Assembly (NCBI GenBank): GCA_964595945.1
Contig: CAZQSL010000005.1
Coordinates: forward strand, 1 to 63,456
From: an uncultured bacterium
Lineage (GTDB): Bacteria; UBP15; UBA6099; JAJRTR01
DNA length: 63,456 nucleotides
Reading direction: 5' to 3'
Below are positions 58,899-63,456 of this stretch, piece by piece. Both the position numbers and the translations under genes were made by a program. A model generated the notes under the pieces. It was not told the origin of the DNA. It saw only the letters and a list, made by a program, of their open reading frames with translations, and ran no database searches. Position 1 is the first letter of the stretch. Each line of letters starts with the position of its first letter.

Positions 58899-61800
58899 AT
58901 GTTCAACAAACTGAAACAAATGATGAATGACCGCAGGGAAGGCGGCTCGATCATTGTCCTTTCGATAATGACACTCGCCATTATGTCGATGATAGGAGCC
59001 TCGTTCAGCATGATGGTGTCGAGCGAAGCCCGGTCGGTCACATCGGACTGGCTCGCGCAGCAGGCCCTTTATGCGGCCGAATCGGGGATTCAGGACGTCC
59101 TGTACCAGCGCTCCAAAAAACCCGCCCAGACATGTTTCCCCTTCTTTTACAAAGACCCTGAAATCGACGAAAAAGATACCGATACATATTCTACAGTCGG
59201 TAGTGTCAACACCGCCCTCAAGACATCGAGCGACGAAAAAGTCGTACTGCTCACCGGCGCCAGCGCAGGCATGAACGCCGATGGTGCCCCGGCCGGCAAT
59301 CCGTCCACCGACATGGACGAAGCCGGCGCCCCCGGCACGGACAAAATGGCCTGCGGCATCTATCAGCTATCAACCGACGCGCAGAGCCGCGCGGAATATC
59401 TGCCCTGCTGGCCATACAACGAAAGGCTGTACGAAAACTCGATCCAGTGGGGGCCCGACTTTCACTGCCATGACGGCTCCACCAATCCGGATTGCTCGAC
59501 ATCAGAGGAAGGCGGCGGCTGCACGGACGCCAACGACGTTTCCAACAGAGACTGCTACTCCCCGCTTTTCTGGTGGCCGGCATCTCCCGATGGCGCCCAC
59601 ATCGGATGGAAAGACGTCTATGACCGCACCGAAGACGGCACCGATATCGAACTGCCGCTCACCAGCGCCTCGGCCGGCACTGGCGCACGCTACACGACGG
59701 GTTTCTTCACCCTGTGCAACGATGACTTTTCAGGCATAGAAGCATCTATGGTCGGCTATGACAACGCCTGCACCGACGCACAGAGCGGACAGCCATGTGA
59801 CAGATACGTGACACGGCTCACGGTCGTGTCGGTAGGCGAAGTGCAAAACGGCAGCCAGGTGGTGCGCCGCGCCGTCAAGATCGACATGCAGCCGCCCGCC
59901 CTCTTCACCGGCGTTATCGACCAGTATGTCAACACCGATTTCTGGGGCGTCTCCAACATCAACGGCCCGCTCCACATTAATGGACTCAGAAACGACGGCA
60001 AATGGTATTCATTCCTCAATCTCCTCGGCGGCACGGTCGGCGCGCTTTTCGACGCGCCTGACCTCGTCAGCGTCAGCTATCCCGAAGACCCGGCCAATCC
60101 CGACTGGCAGCCAACTGTCGCGGGATTTTCGATAACTCACAAAATAACTTACGTCCATATCCCGTTCCGACTCGATCTTCCCGCCGTCAACTGGGACAAA
60201 TGGGAAGACCAGATGGCGGACCTTTACACCCAGGCTCTCGCCGAGTACAACACGACAAACGTCTATCCTCTCAAACGATGCGAATTCACCCATCCCGTGA
60301 CCTCCACTGCCAAAGACTGCGGCAGCAGCGACGGCGTCGACCACTACACTCTCAATCTCGGCACCACCGACCAGGACCGCGACGCAGCGTTTCCGGCGTT
60401 CATGTCGATGACCAAACGCTACAACACCGGCGTTGATAAAATTCACAACTTCCAGCGCTACAATTCGGACGCGCAGCAGTGGGGCGCATCAACAGCCCAT
60501 GTATTCGATCTCTTCGACCACTGGGAAGAGTATCCCTACACATGGGTCGAAGGCACGGAACCCCCGGTCATCAATGGCGGCACTGGCCCGAGGGACAGAT
60601 CGCTCCGGCCCAAAGTATCGTTCATGCTTAATCCCAACCTCGGCCTCGGCTGCCTCACGTGCGTCATCGGCGATCTCTCCATCGCCGGATTTATGTCCTG
60701 CTGCGTCGGCAAGGAGGAAAACAGACCCGAATTCGTATTCATGGGAAAACACGAATTCCGCGACTTCGTCTTCATCGACGGCATCATCGGCATCGGACAG
60801 CGAGCCCCGTGGCACACCTGCGGCGACGGCGACGGCGGACTGGGGGTGTACTGCATTGTCATTCCCAACCTCTGCCTGCTGTCATTCGGTGGATCATGCG
60901 TAATCGAAATACCGGGATTTTCATTCGGACTGCCGCACTGGCATACGGGCGCAGCTATAGTCACGGGCGAAATGCTCGTCAACGGACGCCTGCACATGGC
61001 GGACTACATACACATAGACGGCGGTACAATCTATGCCGATGGACACATAATAAAGGATGAGTCCAGCGCCTACGACATCACCATCAACCTCCAGGACCTC
61101 CTCTGCTGGCTCCTCGGTCCCATCACCACCATGACGATATCCATCCCCATATTCGGCGATCTGAGCATCAATCTCTGCGACATCATATTCGCCATCGCCG
61201 GCCCCATCATAAGCGCCATGGTCCCCTGGTGGCCAGAGATCAACCTGACCAACAGCGAACTTCTCGATTTCGAGACATACCTCGACATCGACGGCATAGG
61301 CCCATCGTACTCAAGCGGCATCATCAACCCAGGCACTCTGTACACACACGGCGACTTCCGCCTCATGACCCCCGGGTGGGACGCGACATCATTCATCGCC
61401 AACACCATCATAGGGTTACTGATACCATGGCTGAAGCTCGAATCCTCGGTCGACCCGATACGAATATACAACGGAGGCGCCATAGTCGCAGGCGGCACCA
61501 CCAGCGGCAATACGTTCCTGCACGGCAATATATATCTCGACAAACACAAGAGAGCCGACCTCCTTACATACAACCCCGAAACCGATGAAAACGACACCGG
61601 ATACGTCATAGCCCGCGGAGCCGTCAGCATCTGGAGCGACATCATCTCCCACTACGGCATGCTCGGACTGACAAACGGATGCTCGACCACTGTATTCTCA
61701 GGCGGAGGTCTCGACGAAGACTGCGCCGCAAACGGAATCTTCTACTCCGGCGGCTACGCAGCAGGAGCGACCAACAAATTTACCGCCTTCGGGCGCAGCA

Positions 61801-62132
61801 CATTATCAGTAGACCAGCCCGAAGGAAGCCTCGACAAAACCCTCGCCTCTGCGTGCGAACCCCTCCTCACGGGCAATATCATGACTGCCCCATGCTGGCT
61901 CACTGCCGTCACCGACCTGCTCACACCAGGCAACACCAACGAATACAATATCCGCGGCCACCTCTTCGCCGGAGCGGTCGGCGCAATGGCAGGCACTCAC
62001 ATCAGACTCGACCAGGACACATCAGTCAGAAACGAAGCCGTAAAACGCCAGTACTACAAGCAGCTCAGCGGCACTCCCATCAACTGGCAGGAAATCGAAC
62101 CCCCTGCCAACCTGCCACACCTCGAAGACTGA
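58899..62132 (+). CDS. Giant PilX-like minor pilin / adhesin (1077 aa)
   Basis: EGG|SIIVL without Glu5; QALYAAESGI PilX motif; LTVVSVGEV...RRAVKI strands; repeated solenoid-like motifs; terminal INWQEI; 26 Cys. Confidence 0.85.
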   Translation: MFNKLKQMMNDRREGGSIIVLSIMTLAIMSMIGASFSMMVSSEARSVTSDWLAQQALYAAESGIQDVLYQRSKKPAQTCFPFFYKDPEIDEKDTDTYSTVGSVNTALKTSSDEKVVLLTGASAGMNADGAPAGNPSTDMDEAGAPGTDKMACGIYQLSTDAQSRAEYLPCWPYNERLYENSIQWGPDFHCHDGSTNPDCSTSEEGGGCTDANDVSNRDCYSPLFWWPASPDGAHIGWKDVYDRTEDGTDIELPLTSASAGTGARYTTGFFTLCNDDFSGIEASMVGYDNACTDAQSGQPCDRYVTRLTVVSVGEVQNGSQVVRRAVKIDMQPPALFTGVIDQYVNTDFWGVSNINGPLHINGLRNDGKWYSFLNLLGGTVGALFDAPDLVSVSYPEDPANPDWQPTVAGFSITHKITYVHIPFRLDLPAVNWDKWEDQMADLYTQALAEYNTTNVYPLKRCEFTHPVTSTAKDCGSSDGVDHYTLNLGTTDQDRDAAFPAFMSMTKRYNTGVDKIHNFQRYNSDAQQWGASTAHVFDLFDHWEEYPYTWVEGTEPPVINGGTGPRDRSLRPKVSFMLNPNLGLGCLTCVIGDLSIAGFMSCCVGKEENRPEFVFMGKHEFRDFVFIDGIIGIGQRAPWHTCGDGDGGLGVYCIVIPNLCLLSFGGSCVIEIPGFSFGLPHWHTGAAIVTGEMLVNGRLHMADYIHIDGGTIYADGHIIKDESSAYDITINLQDLLCWLLGPITTMTISIPIFGDLSINLCDIIFAIAGPIISAMVPWWPEINLTNSELLDFETYLDIDGIGPSYSSGIINPGTLYTHGDFRLMTPGWDATSFIANTIIGLLIPWLKLESSVDPIRIYNGGAIVAGGTTSGNTFLHGNIYLDKHKRADLLTYNPETDENDTGYVIARGAVSIWSDIISHYGMLGLTNGCSTTVFSGGGLDEDCAANGIFYSGGYAAGATNKFTAFGRSTLSVDQPEGSLDKTLASACEPLLTGNIMTAPCWLTAVTDLLTPGNTNEYNIRGHLFAGAVGAMAGTHIRLDQDTSVRNEAVKRQYYKQLSGTPINWQEIEPPANLPHLED

Positions 62133-62154
62133 CCATAGCGCTAACCCTTCCTCA

Positions 62155-62179
62155 AGAGCCCCCTCCACAAGGGGGCTCT
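62155..62179 (+). terminator. Hairpin after pilX without a U-tract
   Basis: AGAGCCCCC-tccacaa-GGGGGCTCT. Confidence 0.5.
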
Positions 62180-62463
62180 GTGATTAACGGAAAGATTGCA
62201 AGGCCCATCCCCCCCCCCATTATTTCTGTTACCGCATCCAAAAAAGAAAGGAAACCATTCATCAACCGCACAACACAGAGGCACAAACCACAGAACACAC
62301 CCACCCAAAAACAACAATAGAAAACCATTCCTGACTATCCCTGAAAAACAGACGAGTAATGAATGGCGAGATTACAAAAACACGATCATACCCGGGACAA
62401 TAACAGCGAAGAATCCCGCAACTCTGAGTTTCAGGGGTAATCAGGAAAACTTTTACCAGCCTA

Positions 62464-62718
62464 TTGCAATAATCCCTCACACCCACTACAATACTCTTCG
62501 CCTGACAGAAACAAAGGGCACTGAGAAACTTGAAACCATAGACACCGAGCGGCTGACAAAACAAGCCGTCACGGAATCCCCGAAAAAAAAAGCTTTCCGA
62601 AAAGCTTGCAAATAAACTCAGGCACGCTATAATATAAAACGCTCTGAGAAACGAAGCTGAACGGAAAAAGAAAACTTTCGCGGAGTGGTTGACAAAAGAT
62701 AACACGACATAGTAAAAT
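62464..62718 (+). promoter_or_regulatory. Tandem sigma70 promoters of the rRNA operon
   Basis: TTGCAA-N17-TACAAT (62464-62492), TTGCAA-N16-TATAAT (62606-62633), TTGACA-N18-TAAAAT (62689-62718); A-tracts precede the last two. Confidence 0.75.
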
Positions 62719-62893
62719 ATGCGCTTGTGGCTCGGAAGCACAAAGGTGAATCCGAAAGCCGGAGAAACTTGAAAATTGAATAGTGAGGGCTCAACTTTTA
62801 ACAAAAAGTTTTAGAGTATTGAGCGGAGGAACGAAAGTTCCGATTGAACGCTCATACCCTGTCAAAGTGATTCTTATCTAATAAAGATATTTT

Positions 62894-63456
<563 letters not shown>

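Overview
63.5-kb core-chromosome window (moderately high GC) from an anaerobic, probably uncultured bacterium. Contents: beta-oxidation genes (thiolase, FadN-type enzyme, acyl-CoA dehydrogenase); a 2-oxoacid:ferredoxin oxidoreductase pair; a tpx-ferritin-rubrerythrin operon; signalling proteins (hybrid kinase, REC protein, degenerate GGDEF protein, class III adenylate cyclase); and envelope genes (CsaB-TagA fusion, DUF5693-like protein, kdsA, outer-membrane beta-barrel, amidase, SepF). Also present are recD2, tRNA-Met, larC, dusB, mobB, a pilD-pilV-pilW-giant pilX minor-pilin cluster, and the 5' part of a 16S rRNA gene behind tandem promoters. I see no prophage, integrase, transposase or CRISPR array. 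Most notable: (1) a 1077-aa, 26-Cys PilX-like pilin whose predicted beta-solenoid carries hydrophobic Cys-bracketed loops, with no PilY1 next to it; (2) a pilD whose conserved N-terminus seems to need a non-AUG (ATA) start; (3) a nested, fully palindromic MITE-like element with dispersed copies; (4) a lipoprotein ending in a pilin-like head; (5) a CsaB-TagA fusion; (6) a C/G strand-skew sawtooth that seems to track transcription units; (7) diderm envelope genes beside a Terrabacteria-like 16S. All annotations come from reading motifs by eye; no database searches were run.
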